Origin: an uncultured Verrucomicrobiae bacterium
GTDB lineage: Bacteria > Verrucomicrobiota > Verrucomicrobiia > Chthoniobacterales > JAATET01
Direction: 5' to 3'
Assembly (NCBI GenBank): GCA_963719495.1
Contig: CAVRCI010000009.1
Location: forward strand, 64,001-128,000
Length of the DNA: 64,000 nucleotides
The first letter of the stretch is position 1, and every line of letters begins with the position of its first letter. A program made the translations under genes and the position numbers. The notes beneath the pieces are model-generated. The model did no database searches. It worked only from the letters and a program-made list of their open reading frames with translations, and was not told the origin of the DNA. This document shows positions 28,132 to 39,583 of this stretch, in pieces.

Positions 28132-30718
28132 TTTCCCGACCCTGTCTCTGCTCGCGCTCGCCGCCAGCTGCGCCTGCCTGCTGCCAACCCGGGCCGCCGA
28201 CCCGCCGCCCGCCGTGCCGGCGGCGGTGATCGACGCTCTGGCGGAGCCCCGCCCGCGATTGCTCATCGACCAGGCTCTGGTCGACTCGTGGCGTGCTGGC
28301 GGGCTGGATCGCGAGCCGCTCAAATCGTGGGCCGCCAAGGCGCGTCGGGAGGCCGACGAGATCCTGCGCCAGCCCGTGGTCGATTACCCGGCGGCGCCGG
28401 CGAGCATCCTGGAATCGGGCAGCCGCGTCGTGCTCGGGCGGACTTACACGCTGGCCTTCGCGTATCTGGTGACTGGCGACCGCCGCTACGCCGACCGCCT
28501 CTGGGCGGAACTCGAGCGCGCGAGCGAGCTGGAATCCTGGCGGCCCAACGCGCAATTCCTCGACACCGCCGAGATGATGCACGCCTTCGCGATCGGCTAC
28601 GATTGGCTGCACGACACGTGGACGCCCGCGCAACGGGACACGCTCCGCCGGGCGCTGGTGACGCACGGCCTCGACGCGGCGCGGGACGCCTACGACGGCA
28701 ACCTCACGAGCTACGCGGGCTGGGCCGCGAAGAACAACTGGAACTTCGTCTGCAACGCGAGCGTGATCACCGCCGTCATCGCGCTGCTCCCCGACGAGCG
28801 CGAACTCGGCGCGGACTTGATCGCCCGGGCCGTCGGCCACCTCCGCCCCGCGCTCGAATCCTTCGGCCGGGACGGCGGTTGGGACGAAGGCCCCACCTAC
28901 TGGGGCTACGCCACGCGCTACGTCGCCCTACTCCTCGAAGTGCTCGGACCCGACGCCGTCGAGCGGTTGGCGCTGCTCGACCGCGCGCCCGGTATCGCGC
29001 CGACGGGCTGGTTTCCGATTTACCTGACCGGCCCCACCGGTCGGGCGTTCGACTTCGCCGACGCGGAGGATCGCCCGACGCGAGCCACCCAATTGTTCGA
29101 TTTCGCCCGCATTTTCGACGAGCCGGCATTCGCCCGTGCGCAATTGGCCTGCGCCTCCGGGACGGTCGGCGACATCATCGCGCTCAGCGCCCTCGGCGAG
29201 ACCGAGTCCGGAGCGCGTCCGCCGCTGGACCGGCTCTTCCGCGACGTCGGCGCGGCGAGTTTCCGCAGCTCGTGGGACGATCCGAACGCGAATTTCTTCG
29301 CCATCAAGGCCGGGTCGAACGGCGCGAACCACGGCCACCTCGACCTGGGAACCTTCGTGTTCGAAGCGCTCGGGCACCGTTGGATCCACGAGGTCGAGAA
29401 GGAAAGCTACGCCGCGCCCGGCTACTTCGAGGTCGGGCCGAAGTCCCGCCGCTGGTCCTACTACCCGTCCCGGGCCGAAGGGCACAACACCCTGGTGCTC
29501 AATCCCTCGCCCGCGCCGGACCAATACTTTCGCGCGAAATCCAAGGTCGTCGCGTTCGAATCCTCGCCGGCCGACGCGTTCATCACGGTCAACCTCACCG
29601 ACGCCTACGCCCCCGCCGGCGTCCGCGTCTGGCGCGGCGCGCGGCTCACGGAGTCCCGGAATCGCCTGCTCCTGCGGGACGAAGTGCGGCTAAAACAACC
29701 GGGCGAAGTCGTCTGGTCCGTGCACGTCCGCGACCCGGTAACGATCTCCGCCGACGGACGCACGGCGACGCTCGCCTTCGAAAACAAACGCCTGCGCCTG
29801 CGGCTGACCGTATCGGCCGAGGCGAAGTTCGAGGTCCTCGACGCCGCCCCGCTCGTCCCGATCCCCGGCGTGACGCAACGCCGCAATCCCGGCCTCGAGA
29901 AGCTCGTTGTGCGCCTGCGCGACGTCACCGAAACGGCGATCTCCGTCTGGTTCGAACCCTTCGTCACGGGCGTCGACCCCGACTACGATGCGGCGACCGA
30001 CTTCGGGCCACTGGCGGATTGGACTCTGGTAAACGGCGAGCCCGCCGGACTCACCGGACTCGCCGTGGGCGGCGAAGCGGTCGGCGGATTCGATCCCGCC
30101 ATTTTTACTTATACCCTCGCGCTGAAAACACCGTCCGTCGCGGTCACGAGGACGCCCGCCAACGATGCTCTCACGGTCGCCGCTCCGGCGTCGCCGGATC
30201 TCCCGACCGCCCTCTGGGCCATCACCGACACAAAGGACGACGCGGCCGCCGCCCGCTACCGCGTCGTCCTCGAGCGGCACGTCGCCCCACCCACGACGCT
30301 GACCCCCACCCCGCCCGCCCGCGAGTTGACGGTGCTCGCGGGCGACGGCGAAACGGGCAACCCGCCCGAAGACGCCTTCGACGGACAATTGACCACGCGG
30401 TGGTCGGCGGAGGGCCGCGACTCGCCGCTCACCATCGACCTCGGCGCGCCGCGCCGCATCGACGAAGTCGGCGTCGCCTACCACCAGGGTGCCGCGCGGT
30501 GGTCGGAATTTTCCGTCGAGGCTTCCGACGACGGGACCACCTGGCAGCCGCTTCTCGGTCGGACGCGCACCTCCGGCGTCACCGAAGCCATCGAGCGCTT
30601 CCGATGCGCGAGTCCGGGTAATTTTCGGTTCGTTCGATTCACCGGGCACGGGAATTCCGTGAACGATTGGAACAGCGTGACGGAATTGGTTTTTCTCCCG
30701 CTGAACGACTCCGACTAG
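28121..30718 (+). CDS. Heparinase II/III-like polysaccharide lyase with C-terminal F5/8 type C (CBM32) domain
   Basis: Signal peptide; FLDTAEM, NNWNFVCN, DGGWDEGPTYWGY, NHGHLDLGTF, GHNTL; AFDGQLTTRWSA...WNSVTE discoidin motif. Confidence 0.88.
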   Translation: MRNNFPTLSLLALAASCACLLPTRAADPPPAVPAAVIDALAEPRPRLLIDQALVDSWRAGGLDREPLKSWAAKARREADEILRQPVVDYPAAPASILESGSRVVLGRTYTLAFAYLVTGDRRYADRLWAELERASELESWRPNAQFLDTAEMMHAFAIGYDWLHDTWTPAQRDTLRRALVTHGLDAARDAYDGNLTSYAGWAAKNNWNFVCNASVITAVIALLPDERELGADLIARAVGHLRPALESFGRDGGWDEGPTYWGYATRYVALLLEVLGPDAVERLALLDRAPGIAPTGWFPIYLTGPTGRAFDFADAEDRPTRATQLFDFARIFDEPAFARAQLACASGTVGDIIALSALGETESGARPPLDRLFRDVGAASFRSSWDDPNANFFAIKAGSNGANHGHLDLGTFVFEALGHRWIHEVEKESYAAPGYFEVGPKSRRWSYYPSRAEGHNTLVLNPSPAPDQYFRAKSKVVAFESSPADAFITVNLTDAYAPAGVRVWRGARLTESRNRLLLRDEVRLKQPGEVVWSVHVRDPVTISADGRTATLAFENKRLRLRLTVSAEAKFEVLDAAPLVPIPGVTQRRNPGLEKLVVRLRDVTETAISVWFEPFVTGVDPDYDAATDFGPLADWTLVNGEPAGLTGLAVGGEAVGGFDPAIFTYTLALKTPSVAVTRTPANDALTVAAPASPDLPTALWAITDTKDDAAAARYRVVLERHVAPPTTLTPTPPARELTVLAGDGETGNPPEDAFDGQLTTRWSAEGRDSPLTIDLGAPRRIDEVGVAYHQGAARWSEFSVEASDDGTTWQPLLGRTRTSGVTEAIERFRCASPGNFRFVRFTGHGNSVNDWNSVTELVFLPLNDSD

Positions 30719-30745
30719 CGGCCTTCCGGTTTTGTCCCTGGCCTC

Positions 30746-31144
30746 ATGAAGACTCCCCTTCACCCAACCCGCGTGGCAGGACGACGCGGTCTTCTACGAA
30801 ATCTACCCGCAGAGTTTCTCCGATCCGAACGGCGACGGGATCGGCGATCTGCCGGTCGACCATCCCGACGTCCAGGCAGGCCACGCACCGGGAACTGCGC
30901 CGCATCGTGACCTACTGGATCGACCAGGGAGCCGATGGATTCCGCGTCCACATGGCCGCGTCGCTCTATCAAGTCCGACGACTCGCGGGAAGCCATCGGC
31001 GGCTTCGGGCAGTCGGTGCGGGGTTGGTCCGACGAGACCTATCCCGAAGCCGTGCTTGTCGTTGAATGGTCGCTGCCGGAGGTCGCGTTGCGGGCCGGGT
31101 TCCACGTGCCGCCCGTAAGTTTTACCGTCTTCCGATCTCGCTGA
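30746..31144 (+). pseudogene. GH13 alpha-amylase/alpha-glucosidase remnant with internal deletion and frameshifts
   Basis: DAVFYEIYPQSFSDPNGDGIGDLP joined almost directly to YWIDQGADGFRVHMAASL and YPEAVLVVEWS, spread over different frames. Confidence 0.85.
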
Positions 31145-31164
31145 GGGCCGCCAGCGCGACGACG

Positions 31165-31350
31165 ACGACTGCACGCCGGAGGCTCGTTTGCGGAATTTGA
31201 GGGGCGTCTTTCCGTTGGCGGACCGGAACCGATGGTGAAAGTGGCTTGGGCTGTCGAACCCGCATTCGAGCGCGATCTCGTGGATGCTCATCCGCGTCGT
31301 CTCGAGCAATCGGCCGGCGTCGCGGATGCGCTCGAGCGTCAGCCATTGCG
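31165..31350 (-). pseudogene. AraC HTH remnant
   Basis: QWLTLERIRDAGRLLETTRMSIHEIALECGFDSPSHFHHRFRSANGKTPLKFRK without a credible N-terminal domain. Confidence 0.7.
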
Positions 31351-31554
31351 GACGGGCAGGTGGAGGACCAACGCAATTTCTCACCGAGCCATCAACCCAG
31401 CGCAGGTCTCCCCGCGGATCGAGAAATTTCGATTCCGGTGCAGCCGTGACCCGATCCTTCGCAACCAAATGCGCCCCGGTCGGCTTCACGCTTTAAATCC
31501 CGCCCCCTCACAACAACGCTCCCCTTCCAGCCGTTCCGCCAATCCACCCAGGAC

Positions 31555-31792
31555 CACCACCGAGCCGATCAGCCGCTACCTCGACGCCGCCATTCTTACG
31601 CCGGAGACGCCTCGCGACCGAGCGGTGGAGGCTCTGGAAACCCGCATCGGGTTCGGAGTTTACAGCGTCTGCGTGCGCTCCTGCGACCTCGAGATCGCCA
31701 CGGATCTCCGCGCCAGCGCCGACACCGGCGACACCGGCGGCTGCGCCGGGGTTTTGCCGGGGAGGATATCCTTCTCCACGCCGGACCTCTGA
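31555..31792 (+). pseudogene. Deoxyribose-phosphate aldolase (DeoC-like) N-terminal remnant
   Basis: ISRYLDAAILTPE...SVCVRSCD, then degenerates and stops; no start codon recognised. Confidence 0.6.
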
Positions 31793-31848
31793 CCGGCGAT
31801 GCGAAATTCACGTTCGCGGTCACCGAGACCCCGACGTCCGCTCCGTCC

Positions 31849-32439
31849 GTGACCAAACGGATGCTCGCTCTGCTGCATTCGCCGCGGATGGATTCGCACT
31901 TTGCCCGGCCGCTCCACGACAACGCCGAAGCGATCCTGGTAGACATCCGCAATCTGCGAACATACGTCGTTGATCTCAAGCCGGTGGAGCCGCGCTACCT
32001 GGTGGAGTCGATCAGCGGCGCCGGCTCCCACACCAAGACGTTACCGGACGATTCTCAGCGTTTCGTCTGGTGGAATCCGGAAGCGACGGACGGCTTCGCG
32101 GTGGCGATCGCCGAGCGGGAGGAATGGATGTGGAACGAGGCAAATGCGAACGCGGACGACCGCTCCGGCTCGCACGTCTGGAGCCCAAAGAGCCACCACT
32201 CGAAATTCCGAATGCGGACGAATTACTTCGGCTTGGGGGAGTTCGTCGAGGACGGCATCCCCGACGGAGCCGCCTGGAGCATCCTCAAATTGATGGGACG
32301 ATTTGATCCCGTCAGCGGGGGGAGGGCGTCCCGCCCTCCTGATCCAAACATGAGGACGCGACGTCCTCAATTCAATCCTGCGCCCATCGAAGAGCGTCGG
32401 AACGAGGCGCGAGACATTAAACGTTCCGCCGACGCTTGA
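31849..32439 (+). CDS. Hypothetical protein or gene fragment
   Basis: Open frame with protein-like composition; 3' part runs into REP-like hairpins and overlaps the atpC end. Confidence 0.3.
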   Translation: MTKRMLALLHSPRMDSHFARPLHDNAEAILVDIRNLRTYVVDLKPVEPRYLVESISGAGSHTKTLPDDSQRFVWWNPEATDGFAVAIAEREEWMWNEANANADDRSGSHVWSPKSHHSKFRMRTNYFGLGEFVEDGIPDGAAWSILKLMGRFDPVSGGRASRPPDPNMRTRRPQFNPAPIEERRNEARDIKRSADA

Positions 32440-32827
32440 CCTTCAACTGGGCCAATGACTTCAACATCATTGCCTGCATCGCGGCGTGATCCTCATCGCC
32501 GAGTTGATCGTCGTTCATCGCGGCCTGGGCCCGCTTGATCGCCTCTTCGGCGGCGGACTCGTCGATCTCGGATTCGTTGATCGCCATGTCCGTCAGGACC
32601 GACACGGTTTCCTGCGTGATTTCGACAAATCCTTCGCCCACCGCAAGCCGCTCCTCAACGCCGTCACGCATGATCCGGAGCTCGCCGGGAAGCAATTTCG
32701 TCATCAACGGAACGTGCTGCGGCAGGACTCCCATCTCGCCGAGCGCGCCCGGGAGCACGACCGAAGACACGTCGCCGGAAAAGGTCTTCGCTTCGGGAGT
32801 TACGATTTCGAGTTTCAGCGTAGCCAT
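32417..32827 (-). CDS. atpC: ATP synthase F1 subunit epsilon
   Basis: LKLEIVTPE...GEMGVLPQHVPLMT; last gene of the atp operon. Confidence 0.97.
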   Translation of the reverse strand: MATLKLEIVTPEAKTFSGDVSSVVLPGALGEMGVLPQHVPLMTKLLPGELRIMRDGVEERLAVGEGFVEITQETVSVLTDMAINESEIDESAAEEAIKRAQAAMNDDQLGDEDHAAMQAMMLKSLAQLKVKRRRNV

Positions 32828-32883
32828 GTGAGGTGAGTTTTAAGGAGCAAGTTTAAAGAATTAAGTGGTGAGCGACTTCTCAG

Positions 32884-32939
32884 ACTTAAAACTTAAAACT
32901 TAATTCTTAATTCTTAATTCTTAATTCTTAATTCTTAAT
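32884..32939. repeat. Heptamer tandem repeat (A/T)CTTAA(A/T) x8
   Basis: ACTTAAA ACTTAAA ACTTAAT (TCTTAAT)x5 between atpD and atpC; reverse-complement copy GAATTAAGT at 32858-32866. Confidence 0.9.
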
Positions 32940-32948
32940 TGTCCGAAG

Positions 32949-34382
<1,434 letters not shown>

Positions 34383-34435
34383 TCAGTCGGGCTGGGTGTC
34401 GTGGTTTGATTTTTCGGCGATTTTGGCGCTCGAGA

Positions 34436-34556
34436 CGGAGGGCAAGGCTCCCGCCGAGCCAGCCGTGACGAGAAACGCGATCTCCGACCGAGAAGTGCCG
34501 ATGCGGCGATCGGTCTTGATCCTCGAACCCAACGCGCCGTCACGGCTCGCCCTCCG
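34436..34556. repeat. REP-like element CGGAGGGC(A/G)AGGCTCC(C)GCCGAGCC with inverted partner
   Basis: Copy at 34436-34460, partial inverted copy at 34544-34556, second full copy at 55790-55814. Confidence 0.7.
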
Positions 34557-34618
34557 ATTGCGGACGGTCGTTGTGGGTGATTTGTTGACCAAAAACATAT
34601 CGAAGAGCGAATCGGCGG

Positions 34619-35482
34619 CTATTGCAGCGCCATTTGCGCCGTGGTGATTTCGAGGAGTTCGCTGGTGATGCTGGCCTGGCGCACCTTGTTGTATTCGAGC
34701 GTCAAATCCTTCACGAGGCTCTTGGCGTTGTCGGTCGCGTTCTTCATGGCGACCATTCGAGCACTGTGCTCCGAGGCCCGGGCGTCGAGGACCATCTGGT
34801 AGACGCCAAAATGCACGTAATATGGAAGGATCGCGTCGAGCACTTCGTGCGCGTCCGGCTCGAAGAGGAAGCCGGAAATCACTCCCTGGGCTTCAGCGGC
34901 TTCGGCTGCCTGGTTAACCATGGTTGGCGAGATCGGCAGAAGCTGGAACGAGCGGGGCTGCTGGGTGAGCGTGTTGACGAAGCGCGAGAAGAGGACGGTA
35001 ACTTTGTCGACTTCGCCTGAGAGGAACTTCTCGATCAGGAACTTCGAGACGGTCTTCGACTGGAGGAACGTCGGCTGGTCGGCGAGTTCGAAGTCGGCGA
35101 GCAGGTTGCGCTTCGTCCGCGCGACGAACTGCTTCGCTTTCCGTCCCGCCGAAGCGAAATCGGTCGTCGCGGTGTCGAACTGCGCCAACTCACGGAAGAG
35201 GTTGGTGTTCAGACCGCCGCAGAGTCCCTTGTCCGTGCTGATCACGAGGACGAGTTCGCGCTTCACCTCCCGCTCTTCGAGGAGCGGATGGAGCGTGTGA
35301 TCGACCCGGTCCTTGAGTGACACCAGCACGCGGTTGAGAAGGTCCGCGTAGGGATGACCCGCCGTCGCGAGCATCTGCGCCCGCCGCATCTTGGAAGCGG
35401 CGACCATCTGCATGGCCTTGGTGATCTGCGCCGTGTTCTTGACGGATTTGATCCGTCGGCGGATGTCGCGGGTGCTGGGCAT
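34619..35482 (-). CDS. atpG: ATP synthase F1 subunit gamma
   Basis: IRRRIKSVKNTAQITKAMQMVAASK, DKGLCGG, SEHSARMVAM. Confidence 0.99.
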   Translation of the reverse strand: MPSTRDIRRRIKSVKNTAQITKAMQMVAASKMRRAQMLATAGHPYADLLNRVLVSLKDRVDHTLHPLLEEREVKRELVLVISTDKGLCGGLNTNLFRELAQFDTATTDFASAGRKAKQFVARTKRNLLADFELADQPTFLQSKTVSKFLIEKFLSGEVDKVTVLFSRFVNTLTQQPRSFQLLPISPTMVNQAAEAAEAQGVISGFLFEPDAHEVLDAILPYYVHFGVYQMVLDARASEHSARMVAMKNATDNAKSLVKDLTLEYNKVRQASITSELLEITTAQMALQ

Positions 35483-35529
35483 TGGATAAGTCGGAAGGTC
35501 TTAAAGTCGGAAGGTCGAAGGTCGGTGAC

Positions 35530-37065
35530 TCAGTTCCAAGTCTGTTTGAATTCGTCGAGGGCGGCCTTGAGCTCTTTCTCGAGGTCGTCGTCGATCTTTT
35601 TCTGGTCGAGAATCTTGGTAAGCAGGTCGGCCTTGCGGGTCGTGAAAAACTCCTGGAGCTTGGCCTGGTAATCGCCGACGCGGTCGACGGGCACCGAGTC
35701 CACGTAGCCGTGCTGCATGGCAAACAAAACCGCGACTTGGAGCTGAACTGGCATCGGGCTGTATTGCTGCTGCTTGAAGAGCTCGACGATGCGGCCGCCG
35801 CGGTCGAGGAGCGCCTTCGTCTTGGCGTCGAGATCGGATCCGAACTGCGCAAAGGCCGCCATTTCGCGGAACTGCGCGAGATCGCCCTTGAGCTTACCGG
35901 CGACCTGCTTCATCGCCTTGATTTGCGCCGCCGATCCCACACGCGACACCGACAAACCGACCGAAATCGCTGGGCGGATACCCTGATAGAACAAATCGGT
36001 CTCGAGGTAGATCTGACCGTCCGTGATCGAGATCACATTCGTCGGGATGTAGGCCGACACGTCGCCGGCCTGCGTCTCGATGATCGGAAGTGCGGTCAAC
36101 GATCCGGCGCCGTAGTCCTTGCCGAGTCGGGCGGAGCGCTCGAGGAGACGGCTGTGGAGGTAGAAAACGTCGCCCGGATACGCCTCGCGGCCGGATGGGC
36201 GCTTGAGGAGGAGCGAAACCTGCCGGTAAGCGACGGCGTGCTTGGAGAGATCGTCGAAGATGATGAGCGCATCCATCCCGTTCTCCATGAAGAATTCGCC
36301 CATGGCCGCGCCGGTGAAGGGGGCGATGAATTGGTTCGTCGCGGTGTCCGAAGCGGGCGCGGAGACGATGATCGTGTATTTGAGGGCTCCGGCGTCCTCG
36401 AGCGTCTTGATGACGCGGGCGACGTTGGAGTTCTTCTGACCAATGGCCACGTAGATGTTGTAAACCGGGCGGTAGTCGGGATCGCCGGAGGCTTCGGCGG
36501 CTTTGTTCGCCTGGGCCTGGTTGATCATCGTGTCGATGGCAATGGTCGTCTTGCCCGTGGCGCGGTCGCCGATGATCAACTCACGCTGACCGCGTCCAAT
36601 CGGGATCATCGCGTCGACGGCCATGATGCCGGTCTGGATCGGCTGGCTGACGCTTTGACGGTCAATGATGCCGTGGGCGATCTTCTCGACGGGATTGAAC
36701 GTGTCGGTCTCGATCGGACCCTTGCCGTCGATGGGTGATCCGGCGGCGTCGACGACGCGACCGAGGAGCGCTTTGCCAACGGGGACCTGGAGCAACTTGC
36801 CGGTCGTCTTGACCTCGTCGCCCTCCCGGATCTTCGTGTAGTCGCCAAGGAGCACCGCGCCGACTTCGGTTTCTTCGAGGTTGAGCGCGAGACCGATGAG
36901 TCCGCCGGGGAACTTGAGCATCTCGTTGAGCATCGCGTCGCTGAGACCCTCGATGCGGGCGACACCGTCACCGATTTCGCGGACGATGCCGACGTTGGAC
37001 CGGGTCGTCGAAGCGCTTTGGATGCCTTCGATTTTCTGTTCGAGTTCTTGCAGGATGGTGCTCAT
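35530..37065 (-). CDS. atpA: ATP synthase F1 subunit alpha
   Basis: [38 protein letters not shown]. Confidence 0.99.
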   Translation of the reverse strand: MSTILQELEQKIEGIQSASTTRSNVGIVREIGDGVARIEGLSDAMLNEMLKFPGGLIGLALNLEETEVGAVLLGDYTKIREGDEVKTTGKLLQVPVGKALLGRVVDAAGSPIDGKGPIETDTFNPVEKIAHGIIDRQSVSQPIQTGIMAVDAMIPIGRGQRELIIGDRATGKTTIAIDTMINQAQANKAAEASGDPDYRPVYNIYVAIGQKNSNVARVIKTLEDAGALKYTIIVSAPASDTATNQFIAPFTGAAMGEFFMENGMDALIIFDDLSKHAVAYRQVSLLLKRPSGREAYPGDVFYLHSRLLERSARLGKDYGAGSLTALPIIETQAGDVSAYIPTNVISITDGQIYLETDLFYQGIRPAISVGLSVSRVGSAAQIKAMKQVAGKLKGDLAQFREMAAFAQFGSDLDAKTKALLDRGGRIVELFKQQQYSPMPVQLQVAVLFAMQHGYVDSVPVDRVGDYQAKLQEFFTTRKADLLTKILDQKKIDDDLEKELKAALDEFKQTWN

Positions 37066-37089
37066 GGCGTGGGTGTCTTGGGTGAAAAT

Positions 37090-37482
37090 TTAAAGCTGTT
37101 GCTTGAGTTGCTGGAGTCGGGAAAACACGGTTCCGTCCCAGACGTCGCTGCCGACCTTCACGCGAAGGCCGCCGAGCAGGCTGGGAGTCACGCGGTATTC
37201 GGTCGTAAGATCGTCGCCGAAGCGCGATTTGAGATCGCGGGCGACCTTGGCCGAGGCTTCGTCCCCGAGCGGCGTCGCGCTCTCGATCACGGCGTGGCGC
37301 TTGGCGAGTTCGAGCCGAACCATGTGCGTAAACGCTTTGAGAATCTGGAAGTAGCCGCGCGGTTTGACCTCGACGAGGCTGTCCGAATACTGCCGCACCT
37401 TGTGTGCGTCGAGCCGTCCCGACGTGAGGCACGCGGTGAACAATTCCCGGGAGGTGCGGCGGGCTTCCTTGCTGATTTTCAT
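37090..37482 (-). CDS. atpH: ATP synthase subunit delta (short form)
   Basis: Position between atpF and atpA; AVIESATPL...LLGGLRVKVGSDVWDGTV. Confidence 0.93.
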   Translation of the reverse strand: MKISKEARRTSRELFTACLTSGRLDAHKVRQYSDSLVEVKPRGYFQILKAFTHMVRLELAKRHAVIESATPLGDEASAKVARDLKSRFGDDLTTEYRVTPSLLGGLRVKVGSDVWDGTVFSRLQQLKQQL

Positions 37483-37525
37483 GGCTTCGTGCGGTCGGCG
37501 GCTGGCGGGCGGAATTGGTGGAAAA

Positions 37526-38035
37526 TCAAGCCGCGAGCTGGCTCGAGGTTTCTTCGTTGAGGCGCCGCTGGTCTTCTTCGGTGAGGACCTTGCCGGTGAC
37601 CTTGGCGGTGGTCTCGACGACGAGGCCGACCATTTCTCTCTTCACGTCGGCGACCATCTGGTTGTGCTCGTTCGTGATGTCGACGCGGGCTTTGGCGATG
37701 ATCTCTTCGGCCTGACGAATGGCATCCTGAGCCTGTTTCTGGGTGAGGGCGTCAGCATTTTCGCGGGCACGATCAATCATCTTCTGCGCCTCGGCGTTCG
37801 CTTTGCGCATGGATTCGTCAAAATGTTTTTCGGCTTCAGCCAGCTGTTTCTTGATCTGCTCCGCGTTGGCCTGGCCCTCTTCGATGACCCGACGGCGCTG
37901 CTCGAGCATCGCGATAATTGGACCAAAAGCGAATTTCTTGAGAATCCAATAGACGATGAGGAACAGGATGACCTGTGCCAGAAACTTCGACCAAACGAGG
38001 CCGAACGTGGTGAAAATGGTTGTGAGTGCTTCCAT
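37526..38035 (-). CDS. atpF: ATP synthase F0 subunit b
   Basis: Single TM, FAFGPI..ML..RR..I, long coiled coil. Confidence 0.96.
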   Translation of the reverse strand: MEALTTIFTTFGLVWSKFLAQVILFLIVYWILKKFAFGPIIAMLEQRRRVIEEGQANAEQIKKQLAEAEKHFDESMRKANAEAQKMIDRARENADALTQKQAQDAIRQAEEIIAKARVDITNEHNQMVADVKREMVGLVVETTAKVTGKVLTEEDQRRLNEETSSQLAA

Positions 38036-38097
38036 CGAATCAAAAGGAATGCCGCCCCGCCCGCTCAGCGGGCCGGACGGCGTAACTTGCGGATCGC

Positions 38098-38343
38098 TTA
38101 GCCGATGATGGCCATGATCAACGCGTAGATCGCGATCGCTTCCGCGAGCGCCATGGCGATGATCGAGAGCGTCAGGATGTTACCAAACGCACCGGGGTTG
38201 CGGCCGACGGCCTCGACGGCCTTCGCTCCGATCATTCCGATTGCGATGGCCGCACCGGCACCCGCGATCGCGAGACCGAGATTGCCCGTAGGACCAGCGA
38301 TAGCGACGGTGTCCGTCGCTGCTGCGATGATTTCTGGATTCAT
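38098..38343 (-). CDS. atpE: ATP synthase F0 subunit c
   Basis: GAGAAIAIG...AVGRNP...ALAEA. Confidence 0.97.
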   Translation of the reverse strand: MNPEIIAAATDTVAIAGPTGNLGLAIAGAGAAIAIGMIGAKAVEAVGRNPGAFGNILTLSIIAMALAEAIAIYALIMAIIG

Positions 38344-38422
38344 GTGATTTCCTCTTGGTTTGTGTGTTGTTTCGTCGCCACCCGCAGTCTTGCCACGGTC
38401 ATGACGACAAATTTTTTAGATT

Positions 38423-39286
38423 CTAATGGTGCGCCTCGTCCTCGTCGTGGGTGGTCGAAAGTTGAATGTAAACGGCACAGAGTAGGGTAAAAACCAGCGC
38501 CTGCAGCAGTCCGATGAGCAGCTCCAGGAAGTAGAACGGGATCGGGATGATGATCGACGAGAGGTAGGCCACAAAGGTCGGCAGCCCGAGCGTGTTGCCT
38601 AGAGTGATCATGGTCGACAGCAGGTTCTCGCCGGCAAAAATATTCCCGAAGAGACGGAGTGAAAGCGAAACTGGACGGAACGCGATCGAAACCACTTCGA
38701 TGACTCCGACCGCGAAGAAAATCGGCGCAAGGCAGAGTGCCATCGTGCCCCGCAGGCCGCCCTTTGTGCCGAAGATGTGCTTGAGCGACCCACCAACACC
38801 CAACTCCGAAACGGACCAATACAGCCACATCACCATGAAGACTGCGGCCATTCCGAGCGTCGAATTGAGATCCGCCGTGCCGGGCCGGAACAGGGGAACG
38901 TCCGCGTGTTCGAGCGAAAGTGGTCCGACCTTCTCACCCCAGCCAATCGATCCGACGCCCGGCAGAAGGCCGAACCAATTGGAAACGAGAATGTAGATGA
39001 AGAGCGTGGCCAGCAGGCTGAAAGTCTTGGCAATCATGTGCTTGCCAACGATGCCCTCGAGCATCGTGTAGAGCAGCGCAATGACAGCCTCGAAAACATT
39101 CTGAGTGCCGGATGGAATCACTTCCATTCGTTTCGTTGCAGCCCGCGAGAGCAGAACGATCACTCCTACGACAATCGCGGAGACCAGTACTGAATTTGTC
39201 AGCCATTCGAGAAACGGCACCATGGCCATTTCTGCCCAGACGGACTGCGCGTTCAGCGGGATCGCGGCGGCGAGTTGAAAATTCAT
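38423..39286 (-). CDS. atpB: ATP synthase F0 subunit a
   Basis: PSGTQNVFE, NWFGLLP, RPVSLSLRLFGNIFAGE, LQALVF. Confidence 0.97.
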   Translation of the reverse strand: MNFQLAAAIPLNAQSVWAEMAMVPFLEWLTNSVLVSAIVVGVIVLLSRAATKRMEVIPSGTQNVFEAVIALLYTMLEGIVGKHMIAKTFSLLATLFIYILVSNWFGLLPGVGSIGWGEKVGPLSLEHADVPLFRPGTADLNSTLGMAAVFMVMWLYWSVSELGVGGSLKHIFGTKGGLRGTMALCLAPIFFAVGVIEVVSIAFRPVSLSLRLFGNIFAGENLLSTMITLGNTLGLPTFVAYLSSIIIPIPFYFLELLIGLLQALVFTLLCAVYIQLSTTHDEDEAHH

Positions 39287-39583
39287 GAGACGGATTATCG
39301 GAATCGGGAAAACGAAGGAGATCGCGCCTGCCGCCGCTCGCAGAGACCAACGATCCGAAAAGGGGCGATGATCTACCGGACGCCGAACGGGGAGAGCGCG
39401 TCGAGTCGTTACAAGTATCGGCTCGCGCGAGCGGTGCAAGCCGAATGTGCCGACTTTGTGAAATTTTTCACAAAGTCCGGCTTCCGGTTGAAAACCTCGC
39501 ATCGGCGAGACCGCGAAAGCCCCGCACGGGGCGAGATAAACGGTTGTCGCTCCGATCGAGACCCAGTATCACTCGCCGCCACG

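Noticed and set aside
37090..37482. Short (130 aa) ATP synthase delta as a truncated pseudogene
   Set aside because: Clean start and stop, intact C-terminal motif and normal operon position; more likely a natural short form.
38051..38081. GC hairpin between atpE and atpF as an ncRNA
   Set aside because: A single stem-loop, adequately explained as an mRNA-stabilising or partial termination structure after atpE.
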